Assembly (NCBI GenBank): GCA_020437395.1
Contig: JAGQWJ010000004.1
Location: 22,475-86,474 of the forward strand
DNA length: 64,000 nucleotides
Reading direction: 5' to 3'
Source: Ignavibacteriota bacterium
Lineage (GTDB): Bacteria > Bacteroidota > Ignavibacteria > Kapaibacteriales > UBA2268
Part shown: positions 8,216 through 16,007 of the stretch, in pieces
Position numbering within the stretch: position 1 is the stretch's first letter
Layout: every line of letters begins with the position of its first letter
Notes under the pieces: model-generated
What the model was told of the DNA's origin: nothing
Database searches by the model: none
The model's input: only the letters and a program-made list of their open reading frames with translations
Translations under genes and position numbers: made by a program

Positions 8216-11032
8216 ACTTATAATTTCATCTCCTCTTTTCACATCTATTTTGTATTTCAAACCTGCTTTTAAATCTGCTAATACGTTGGTATAATCATAG
8301 ATATTTTTAATTGATTTATCTCCCAAATGAACTATAATATCCTCTGCTTGCAATCCAGCCTCATCTGCTGGGCCTCCACTTCTTACACCTGTTAATTTTA
8401 CTCCTTCAACTTCGGCTACATAATCAGGAATAGTACCCAAGTAAACCGCAAATCCCCTAACATTAGTTTGCTCTGCCATTTCTACTTTTTTATATGTAAT
8501 TTCAGTTTTACCTGACTGAATCTCATCGATTATCTTTGTTGAGAATTTTGCAATTCTTTCCATACCTTCGATATTCAAATTTTCAACATCATCAGTAGGA
8601 CGGTGGTAATTGTCATGTAAATTAGTGAAAAATGCTATTACTGGGACTCCTTTTTTATAGAAAGAAGTTGCGTCCGTAGGCAAATAAGGATCATCGGTTA
8701 CTCCGATATTAAAGCCAGCAATTATATTTTTCTTTTCTATTAACTTTCTCCAATTCTCAGCACTACCAGCTCCTTGCATTGATAATTTATTATCAGTCAA
8801 CATACCAACCATGTCATAATTTAAGTATGAGTGGAATTTAAGCCCTTTGTCTTCTGCCTGTTCCATAAACTCTGAAGAACCTAGTAGCCCTAACTCTTCA
8901 CCAGACCAAAAAGCAAATACTAAATTCTTTTTGATAGCTTTAGGATTATCTTTTTTCAATTGAGCATAGTATTCTGCTAATTCCATAACTACTGTAGTGC
9001 CAGAAGCATTATCATCAGCACCATTGTGTATATTGTGAATTGATTCACCGTCAGCTAAGGAACCGCCTTCTCCATAACCTAAGTGGTCATAGTGGCCTCC
9101 CATAACTATGTACTCATCTGAATTTTCGGCATATACAACGCCAACTATATTATTATCTGATGACTTAACTTTTTCAACCGAGTAATTCCCACTTATTTTT
9201 AACTTTGGGTCAAATGAGCTTTTTTCATGCGGATTATAATTATCAACTTTATCTTTTATTTTACTGAAGTCAGTATCTAATAATCTGCCAGCAGCAGATT
9301 CTGTTATTTCTGCTAAATACATTCCCGATTTTATATTCATCCTCACATCTTTCGGCTTAGTTATTTTTGTTCTTTCCGAAATAAAGATTATTCCAGCAGC
9401 ACCTAATTCACGTGCAGTAAGCGTCTTGTACATTCTGGACGAATAGCGTGTTAAAGATTTTTGTTGCTCCTCATCTAAGTTAGATGGCATATCGTCAAGA
9501 ACCATTACAAATTTGTCTTTTACATCTAAGTCAGCATAAGAATTCATCTGAAAATCTGACTCATCTGTCGTTTTGATACCAAAACCAGCAAATATTACAT
9601 CTTCTTCGAATTGACCATTGTCAGTTGAAGCCAACGGCATAAAATCAGTTCCTGCTAACAATTTATTTTCTTTGCCTGAACTGCTAATTGTAGAAATGTA
9701 GTTCTCAGATTTTGATATTTCAATATCAGAAGTATATTCGAACGGTATTCTAAAATTATCAAAACCTTTGAGGGGCTTTAAGTCAAATTGTTCTAAATCA
9801 GAAACAATAAAATCAGCAGCAAGTCTTATTCCCTCGCTACCAGTAAATCTACCTTCCAATTCATCACTACTTAGGTACCTTACTTTCGCTTCAATTTCTT
9901 CTGCTTTAATAGAACCAGTATTAGTTACTTTTTTTTTATTTTCTCTCTTTGGAGCATTTTTCAATGCTTCTAGAGCGGCTTTGTGATTCCAATCAGCCAT
10001 AAATAGCTGTGCTTTGCCATTAGAGGTTCTTCCGCTTGTCCAAACTAATTTATCTCCGTCTGGACTGAATACTGGTAGCCCATCGAATCGATCAGTGTTG
10101 GTAACTCTAACAGGTTCTTTTTCACCTAAATTATCAACTATGAATACTTCGAAATTACCATATCCATATTTATTTGACGCGAAAGCAATATACTCACCGC
10201 TTGGGTGGAAATAAGGAGCCCAAGACATTGATTCAAAACTTGTTATTTGTCTTAAGTCCGTACCATCTAAGTTCATTGTGAATACATCAGCTTGATGACC
10301 GTCTGAAGTGAATCTTCTCCATATTACTTTTTTACCATCGGGTGAGAAGAAAGGTCCACCATCATAACCAGGATTATCCGTTAATCTTTTTACATTACTT
10401 CCGTCCGCATCCATAATGTATAATTCGCAAAAATAAGAAGGATCGAATTCTAATTGTTTTTGTTCTTTCTCGCTCAATTCCCTATTGTAAGCACTCCTAT
10501 TAGAAGCAAAAAGTATTTTTTTACCGTCTGGTGAGAATGATGCCTCAGCATCGTATCCTTCTTCTTTTGTCAACTGTTTGGGGTTCTGACCATCGAAATC
10601 AGCAATGAATACGTCCATAGTTATATCATAGTCCCAAGCATATCTCCGTTTTGTACTTGAAGCACGTATTTCGAACTCCTCTTTTTGCTTATCTTTGGCT
10701 TGTGGATCTAAGTGAGTTGAACTATAGAGAACTTTTCCATTATTGCTATTTTGTATAAAGGCACAAGTTGTTTTTCCAGTTCCATTTGATATTTGGTTTA
10801 TATCACCAGTTTCGAAATCTAGCATAAATATCTGATAAAAAGGATTATCATCTATTCTTTCACTTTGGAATATTAGGTATCTACCATCTTGAGAAAAATA
10901 CCCCTCGCCAGAACGTGCCCCCTCATATATTAGTTGTCGTGAGTTAGACAAAAAATCTGTCTCTTTCAAATCTTTTGCTGCTAACCCTATACTAAAGAGT
11001 GCTAATAACGAAATTCCAATTAAATTTTTCAT
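8189..11032 (-). CDS. Multidomain secreted peptidase: TolB-like PD40 beta-propeller, PA domain, M28 aminopeptidase and C-terminal PDZ
   Basis: PD40 repeats (FSPDGKKILFASNR, FFSPDGKKVIWRRF, FSPDGDKLVWTSGR). M28 zinc-site blocks (GGHYDH, NGADDNASG, SGEELGLLGS, NYDMVG, YHRPTDD). PDZ block (GVRSGGPADEAGLQAEDIIVHLG). ATG at 11032 gives the signal peptide MKNLIGISLLALFSIGLAA; the track TTG at 11044 is an alternative start. Confidence 0.85.
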   Translation of the reverse strand: MKNLIGISLLALFSIGLAAKDLKETDFLSNSRQLIYEGARSGEGYFSQDGRYLIFQSERIDDNPFYQIFMLDFETGDINQISNGTGKTTCAFIQNSNNGKVLYSSTHLDPQAKDKQKEEFEIRASSTKRRYAWDYDITMDVFIADFDGQNPKQLTKEEGYDAEASFSPDGKKILFASNRSAYNRELSEKEQKQLEFDPSYFCELYIMDADGSNVKRLTDNPGYDGGPFFSPDGKKVIWRRFTSDGHQADVFTMNLDGTDLRQITSFESMSWAPYFHPSGEYIAFASNKYGYGNFEVFIVDNLGEKEPVRVTNTDRFDGLPVFSPDGDKLVWTSGRTSNGKAQLFMADWNHKAALEALKNAPKRENKKKVTNTGSIKAEEIEAKVRYLSSDELEGRFTGSEGIRLAADFIVSDLEQFDLKPLKGFDNFRIPFEYTSDIEISKSENYISTISSSGKENKLLAGTDFMPLASTDNGQFEEDVIFAGFGIKTTDESDFQMNSYADLDVKDKFVMVLDDMPSNLDEEQQKSLTRYSSRMYKTLTARELGAAGIIFISERTKITKPKDVRMNIKSGMYLAEITESAAGRLLDTDFSKIKDKVDNYNPHEKSSFDPKLKISGNYSVEKVKSSDNNIVGVVYAENSDEYIVMGGHYDHLGYGEGGSLADGESIHNIHNGADDNASGTTVVMELAEYYAQLKKDNPKAIKKNLVFAFWSGEELGLLGSSEFMEQAEDKGLKFHSYLNYDMVGMLTDNKLSMQGAGSAENWRKLIEKKNIIAGFNIGVTDDPYLPTDATSFYKKGVPVIAFFTNLHDNYHRPTDDVENLNIEGMERIAKFSTKIIDEIQSGKTEITYKKVEMAEQTNVRGFAVYLGTIPDYVAEVEGVKLTGVRSGGPADEAGLQAEDIIVHLGDKSIKNIYDYTNVLADLKAGLKYKIDVKRGDEIISLTIIPGSK

Positions 11033-11185
11033 AACTTTTCTCAATTTGTCAATTATTATTTCTACTAAACTATCGAATTATAATTTTATTATAAACTACA
11101 CTTGGTACACATAAGCAATTTAATACATATTTGTCTTTTATTGATCATAAAAACACCCACACAATGAACACAGAAATAGGATAAG

Positions 11186-11198
11186 AATTGTCGCAATT
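11186..11198. promoter_or_regulatory. Perfect 5-3-5 palindrome AATTG-TCG-CAATT (candidate operator)
   Basis: Read directly from the sequence. It sits where the -33 element would be, upstream of the TAAGTTTG -7 box at 11211. Confidence 0.3.
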
Positions 11199-11210
11199 AA
11201 ATTCCTTTTT

Positions 11211-11218
11211 TAAGTTTG
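11211..11218 (+). promoter_or_regulatory. Bacteroidota-type -7 promoter box TAAGTTTG (TAnnTTTG)
   Basis: Exact match to TAnnTTTG, 45 nt upstream of the DUF4856 start codon. Confidence 0.4.
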
Positions 11219-11262
11219 CTCCCATATTAAAAACTATTTAAAAAATATAAAAGGAAAGTTTA

Positions 11263-12345
11263 ATGAAAAAAATTATGTTTCTTCTGACGGCAATGAGTTT
11301 GTTTTTCATCTCATGTAGTGATGACAACACAACTAATCCAGACAATAAGGATTACACAATCCCGGAAACTTATAGCTTTGACAATGTTGATTATAGTGGT
11401 CAGACTATTAGACTAGAAATGGTTGAAGAAATGGATGCAGTAATTCAAGATGCTAAAAATAATGGTACACCAATAGATATTCAGAAATTGGGTATGATGA
11501 TTAGGAATGAAGGTAACCCATTTTCTTCAAATGAATTAAACGAAAGTGGCAAAGATATATTTTCAAAATTAGACTTAAGTAAAACTAGCTTTTTTACGAA
11601 TTTAATAAATGATATGGCAGCTGTAAATACGACTGAAGTTGCTGAAAATGGTAAAGCAGGAAAAGTTACTTCTAATGATGGCAAGAAATCTTATCTTGTT
11701 AATGCACAAGGTTGGGACTACGGAGAGATATTAGAAAAAGGGTTAATGGGCGCTTTAATGCTACACCAAGTAGTTGGCTACACTAGTGAAGAAAAAATTG
11801 GAAATACAGTTGACAACAAAACTGTAACAGAAGGCAAAGGTACTCCAATGCAACATCATTGGGATGAGGCATTTGGTTATTTCGGTGCTACTAAAGATTT
11901 CCCAAAAGTTACAGAAGGAATTAGTTTTGTTGCAAAATATGCTAACGGCAGAAATGGGTTAATCGGCTTGAATGATATGATTATGAAAAATGGATATTTA
12001 AAAGGAAGAGCAGCAATTAATAATAATGATCATGATGCAAAGTGGGAAGCAGTTAAGCAAATTAGAAAAGGATGGGAATTAACCTTTGTTACTACGGCTA
12101 TTCATTATTTAAACTTAGCAAAAGAAAACTATACTGATGACGCTCTAAGAACTCATACACTTTCTGAATGTTATGCTTTCCTTTGGTCAGTACAATTCAA
12201 TCCAGAAAAAAATGGTAACTATTACCAAGAAGCACTTGATAAACTCGGCGAGAATTTTTGGACTATTACTATAGCAGACATTGATGCAACTAAAGAGATA
12301 TTGGTAAGTGGTTATAATCTTGGCGATATAGCTGATGATTTATAA
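11263..12345 (+). CDS. DUF4856-like surface lipoprotein, paralogue 1
   Basis: 360 aa. Lipoprotein signal ending FISC followed by SDDN. N-terminal block PETYSFDNVDYSGQTIRLEM and the central WDEAFGYFGAT match my recollection of DUF4856 proteins found next to imelysin/HTTM genes. Confidence 0.65.
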   Translation: MKKIMFLLTAMSLFFISCSDDNTTNPDNKDYTIPETYSFDNVDYSGQTIRLEMVEEMDAVIQDAKNNGTPIDIQKLGMMIRNEGNPFSSNELNESGKDIFSKLDLSKTSFFTNLINDMAAVNTTEVAENGKAGKVTSNDGKKSYLVNAQGWDYGEILEKGLMGALMLHQVVGYTSEEKIGNTVDNKTVTEGKGTPMQHHWDEAFGYFGATKDFPKVTEGISFVAKYANGRNGLIGLNDMIMKNGYLKGRAAINNNDHDAKWEAVKQIRKGWELTFVTTAIHYLNLAKENYTDDALRTHTLSECYAFLWSVQFNPEKNGNYYQEALDKLGENFWTITIADIDATKEILVSGYNLGDIADDL

Positions 12346-12371
12346 CATAGATTAGTAATAAAAAATATAAA

Positions 12372-12406
12372 AGAGGGTATTCGAATACGTATAGCCCTCT
12401 TTTTTT
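12372..12406 (+). terminator. Rho-independent terminator between the DUF4856 paralogues
   Basis: AGAGGG(T)AT ... ATAGCCCTCT stem followed by a T7 run. Confidence 0.6.
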
Positions 12407-12498
12407 AACCACACAAGGGTACACCTGAAAAATTAAAAATTGAGTTAAATATGTTATATTGTAAATTAGTGAAACTAATAAATATCAAAAGGAACGAT

Positions 12499-13596
12499 AT
12501 GAAAAAGATTTATTTAATTTTAGCAATATTAAGTATCATATTACTATCATGTAGCGAGGAGAATGGCACAAATCCTGACAAAGAACCTGACCCAAAAAAA
12601 TATGATATACCCGACACTTATAATTTTGATAATGTCGATTTATCTCGTCAACTAACACAATTCGAAATGATTGATGAAATAAAGAAGACCATAATTGATG
12701 CCATAGAGAATAAAGTGTCTATTAATGCAGGTGTACTGAATAGAATGTACTATAATATTGGAACTCCTTTCAATAATCCAAATTTGAATGCGAGCGAAGA
12801 AAGTCTTTATACTGTTACCGATCCTCTTAGAACTTCATTTTTTGAATTCTATATAGCAGATATAAATAATGCATCGACAACAGGTACTGCCGCGAATAAT
12901 AAAAAGGGGATTTTAACTTCAAATGATAATTCTCAAACAATTTTAGTTGATTCCGTAGGGAAAGAATACCTGGTTATGATAGAAAAAGGATTAATGGGGG
13001 CCTTATTCTTTTACCAAGTAGCTCAGGTGTACACTTCTGAAGCTAAAATTGGAAAAGATGTTGACAATAAAGAGGTTATTGAAGGAAAAGGCACACAAAT
13101 GCAGTATAATTGGGATCAGGCGTTTGGCTATTTCGGTGCAACAATTGAATTCCCAAAATCGAACAGTAATATCAGATATGTTGCGAAGCTTTCGGACGAA
13201 TTAGACGCTTTCTTAAATACCAATTCGTTACTCATGAAAGAAGGCTTTATTAAAGGGCGAGCAGCAATCAATAATGACGACAGTAAAGGAAAAAATGAAG
13301 CAATTGCAAGCATCAGAAAAAATTGGGAATTAGTTCTTGCAGCAACAGCAATCAGACACTTGACTGAAGCAAAAAAGAATTTTGAAGATAAAGCACTAAA
13401 ACATCATAATTTGACCTCAGCTTGGATACTCCTTTGGTCAATCCAATATAATCCACAAAGCAATGGTTATTTCTATGAAAATGCGCAGGCAGAAATAGGA
13501 ACAAATTTCTGGAATACAACAATAGATGGAATAGATAAGGCAATAGATATTTTAGTAAATGCCTATAATTTACAAGAGGTAAAAAATGCAAGTTAA
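12499..13596 (+). CDS. DUF4856-like surface lipoprotein, paralogue 2
   Basis: Start moved to ATG 12499 (MKKIYLILAILSIILLSC, then SEEN). Shares blocks with paralogue 1: EKGLMGAL, GKGTxMQ, WDxAFGYFGAT, KGRAAINN, IRKxWEL. Confidence 0.65.
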   Translation: MKKIYLILAILSIILLSCSEENGTNPDKEPDPKKYDIPDTYNFDNVDLSRQLTQFEMIDEIKKTIIDAIENKVSINAGVLNRMYYNIGTPFNNPNLNASEESLYTVTDPLRTSFFEFYIADINNASTTGTAANNKKGILTSNDNSQTILVDSVGKEYLVMIEKGLMGALFFYQVAQVYTSEAKIGKDVDNKEVIEGKGTQMQYNWDQAFGYFGATIEFPKSNSNIRYVAKLSDELDAFLNTNSLLMKEGFIKGRAAINNDDSKGKNEAIASIRKNWELVLAATAIRHLTEAKKNFEDKALKHHNLTSAWILLWSIQYNPQSNGYFYENAQAEIGTNFWNTTIDGIDKAIDILVNAYNLQEVKNAS

Positions 13597-14677
13597 GAGA
13601 ATAATTCTTTTCGTATTACTCTCGGCAATAGCGTTATCATGCAGTGATGATAATGGTGGAAATTCAAAAATAGATATAGATAAAAAAGCACTCTTAGTGA
13701 ATTATGCAGATAATCTGATAATTCCTTCGTTCGAGAATTTGTATCAGAATACAATTAGTCTGAACAATAGTTTTCTTGAACTTAAAAATGAGTATTCTGA
13801 ACAAAACTTCAATAAATTTAGACAAGCTTTTTTTGTTTTACAAGATAGTTGGCAATTTTGCTCTGCTTATGGATTTGGACCAGCAGAAGAAGTAGTATTA
13901 AGACAGGCCTTGAATACTTTCCCAACAGACACTTTAAGGATAAAATCAAATATTGAATCTGGAAGTTATTCGCTTGTTACCTCAGCTAACTTTAAAGCAA
14001 AAGGAATACCTGCATTAGACTATTTGTTGTTCAATGTGAACTTAGACACAAAGGAGTCTGTTTTCACTGATAGTAAAACACTTCAATATATTGAAGATAT
14101 TATATTAGATATGAAAACTAACATCGAGTATGTAAGAAATGAATGGGTCAATTATAGAGAAGTTTTTATATCAAAGACTGGAAACGATGCTGGCAGTTCA
14201 TTATCATTAATGATAAATGAATTTGTCAAAGATTATGAGATTGCCAAAAGAGCAAAAGTTGGTTTTCCTCTAGGAGTTTCTCTGAGTGATGTATTGCCAT
14301 TTCATTTTGAAGCTCCATATTCATTGAACTCATCAGGATTGTTGATTTCCAACTTGCAATCATACAGAAGTATTATTGCTGGACCAATAGAAAATGATTT
14401 GACTAAGACTGATAATTTGTATGAATATTTGAGCGAACTTTCCGCTACAAGAAATGATGCTCTTTTAGCTGATTTAATACTATCGGAACTAGATGAATCT
14501 ATTGATTTATTGAATAAAATGGATATTCCATTCAGGAAATCTTTAGAAATACCTTCAGAAAAAGAAAAAATTGAAGCTCTATATAAAAATATGCAAGAGA
14601 GTGTAGTCTTGCTAAAAACAGATATGGTTTCTGCAATGGGAATATTAATCAACTATCAAGACAATGATGGGGATTAA
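13586..14677 (+). CDS. Imelysin-like (peptidase M75 family-like) lipoprotein
   Basis: 363 aa. Lipobox ALSC followed by SDDN. N-terminal LLVNYADNLIIPSFENLYQNTISLNNSF matches the imelysin helical-bundle start as I recall it. Overlaps the upstream gene by 11 nt. Confidence 0.6.
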   Translation: MQVKRIILFVLLSAIALSCSDDNGGNSKIDIDKKALLVNYADNLIIPSFENLYQNTISLNNSFLELKNEYSEQNFNKFRQAFFVLQDSWQFCSAYGFGPAEEVVLRQALNTFPTDTLRIKSNIESGSYSLVTSANFKAKGIPALDYLLFNVNLDTKESVFTDSKTLQYIEDIILDMKTNIEYVRNEWVNYREVFISKTGNDAGSSLSLMINEFVKDYEIAKRAKVGFPLGVSLSDVLPFHFEAPYSLNSSGLLISNLQSYRSIIAGPIENDLTKTDNLYEYLSELSATRNDALLADLILSELDESIDLLNKMDIPFRKSLEIPSEKEKIEALYKNMQESVVLLKTDMVSAMGILINYQDNDGD

Positions 14678-16007
14678 TAAGTACTTTAGGGAATTACTTT
14701 TTGAAGAAGTTAGACCCGAGCCATTAGCTTTTTTCAGAATAGTTTTTGGGTTGCTAATGACCTTTTCAACTATTCGATATATTTCAAATGGTTGGATAAA
14801 TAAGTTTTTCGTTCAACCTCAATATTATTTCAAATATCCTTATTTCCATTGGGTTCAAAACCCTGGCGAAATAGGGATATATTTTTTGTTCGGTACTTTG
14901 TTATTAAGTAGTATCCTGATAACTATAGGATATAAGTATAGGTTCGCCTCCATCGCTTTTCTTTTATCGTTTCTCTACATTGAGCTAATAGACATAACTT
15001 ATTATCTCAATCATTACTATTTCGTGTCACTTATTGCATTTATAATGGTTTTTTTACCGGCGGAGAGATGCTTTTCGCTTGATGCGAGTCGGTATGGTGA
15101 AACCAAAACGATACCAAATTGGACTATTCTAATAATAAAGTTTCAAGTTGCCATAGTCTATATTTTTGCAGGATTGGCTAAGCTAAATTATGATTGGCTG
15201 ATTGATGCCATGCCTTTGTCTATCTGGTTGCCAGCTAATTCACATATACCTATAGTAGGTGGATTACTTAAATTGAAGTTTACTGCATATCTTTTTAGTT
15301 GGTTTGGCGCAATTTATGATTTGTTTATCGTACTTTTCCTTATTTATCCAAAGACGAGAAAAGTCGCCTATTTTTTTGTAATAGTATTCCATCTTTCAAC
15401 CTCAGTACTTTTCAATATTGGAGTGTTCCCTTACGTTATGATAGCTCTTACTACTATCTATTTTGACAAATCATTTCAAGTAAACATAATTACGAAGCTT
15501 AAAAATTATATTAATTATAAAACAAAATTTGTAACTACACATAGTTACAGACCTATTATCAAATCTATTATTATTACTTCTATCCTTATTTTTACAATTG
15601 TACAGATTGCAATTCCCTTAAGGTTTATGTTTTACAAGGGAGATTTATTCTGGAAAGAAGAAGGTTATCGTTTCTCGTGGAGAGTAATGCTAATGGAGAA
15701 AGCAGGAACAGTATTCTTCAGGGTACATGATAGGGATAATGGTCGTAATATAGAAATTGTAAATTCCGATTATTTGACTGCTAACCAAGAGAAACAGATG
15801 TCAACTCAACCGGATCTTATTCTTCAATTTGTGAAGATAATTGAAGAAGATTTTGCTAAGAAAGGAAAAACAAATATTGAAATATATGCCGATTCATTTG
15901 TAAAGCTGAATGGCAATTTCAGTAGAAGATATATTGACGATAAAATCGATTTGACTCAAATATCATACAGTGATGATTTAGATACTTGGATATTACCAAA
16001 TAATTGA
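14664..16007 (+). CDS. HTTM domain membrane protein (vitamin K-dependent gamma-carboxylase-like core)
   Basis: 447 aa, polytopic. Blocks LAFFRIVFGLLM, IGYKYRF, LNHYYF, LPAERCFSLDA and AGLAKLNYDWL are typical of bacterial HTTM proteins. Overlaps the imelysin-like gene by 14 nt. Confidence 0.8.
   Translation: MMGINKYFRELLFEEVRPEPLAFFRIVFGLLMTFSTIRYISNGWINKFFVQPQYYFKYPYFHWVQNPGEIGIYFLFGTLLLSSILITIGYKYRFASIAFLLSFLYIELIDITYYLNHYYFVSLIAFIMVFLPAERCFSLDASRYGETKTIPNWTILIIKFQVAIVYIFAGLAKLNYDWLIDAMPLSIWLPANSHIPIVGGLLKLKFTAYLFSWFGAIYDLFIVLFLIYPKTRKVAYFFVIVFHLSTSVLFNIGVFPYVMIALTTIYFDKSFQVNIITKLKNYINYKTKFVTTHSYRPIIKSIIITSILIFTIVQIAIPLRFMFYKGDLFWKEEGYRFSWRVMLMEKAGTVFFRVHDRDNGRNIEIVNSDYLTANQEKQMSTQPDLILQFVKIIEEDFAKKGKTNIEIYADSFVKLNGNFSRRYIDDKIDLTQISYSDDLDTWILPNN

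Noticed and set aside
9929-9937. A T9 homopolymer inside the M28 protease gene as a slipped-strand phase-variation switch.
   Set aside because: It encodes a lysine run (NKKKVT) in an inter-domain linker of an AT-rich genome. It is a single tract of modest length with no evidence of variation.
11181-11199. GATAAGAATTGTCGCAATT as a Fur box upstream of the metal-uptake cluster.
   Set aside because: Only about half the positions match the classical 19-bp Fur consensus by eye. I report the palindrome itself but do not assign it to Fur.
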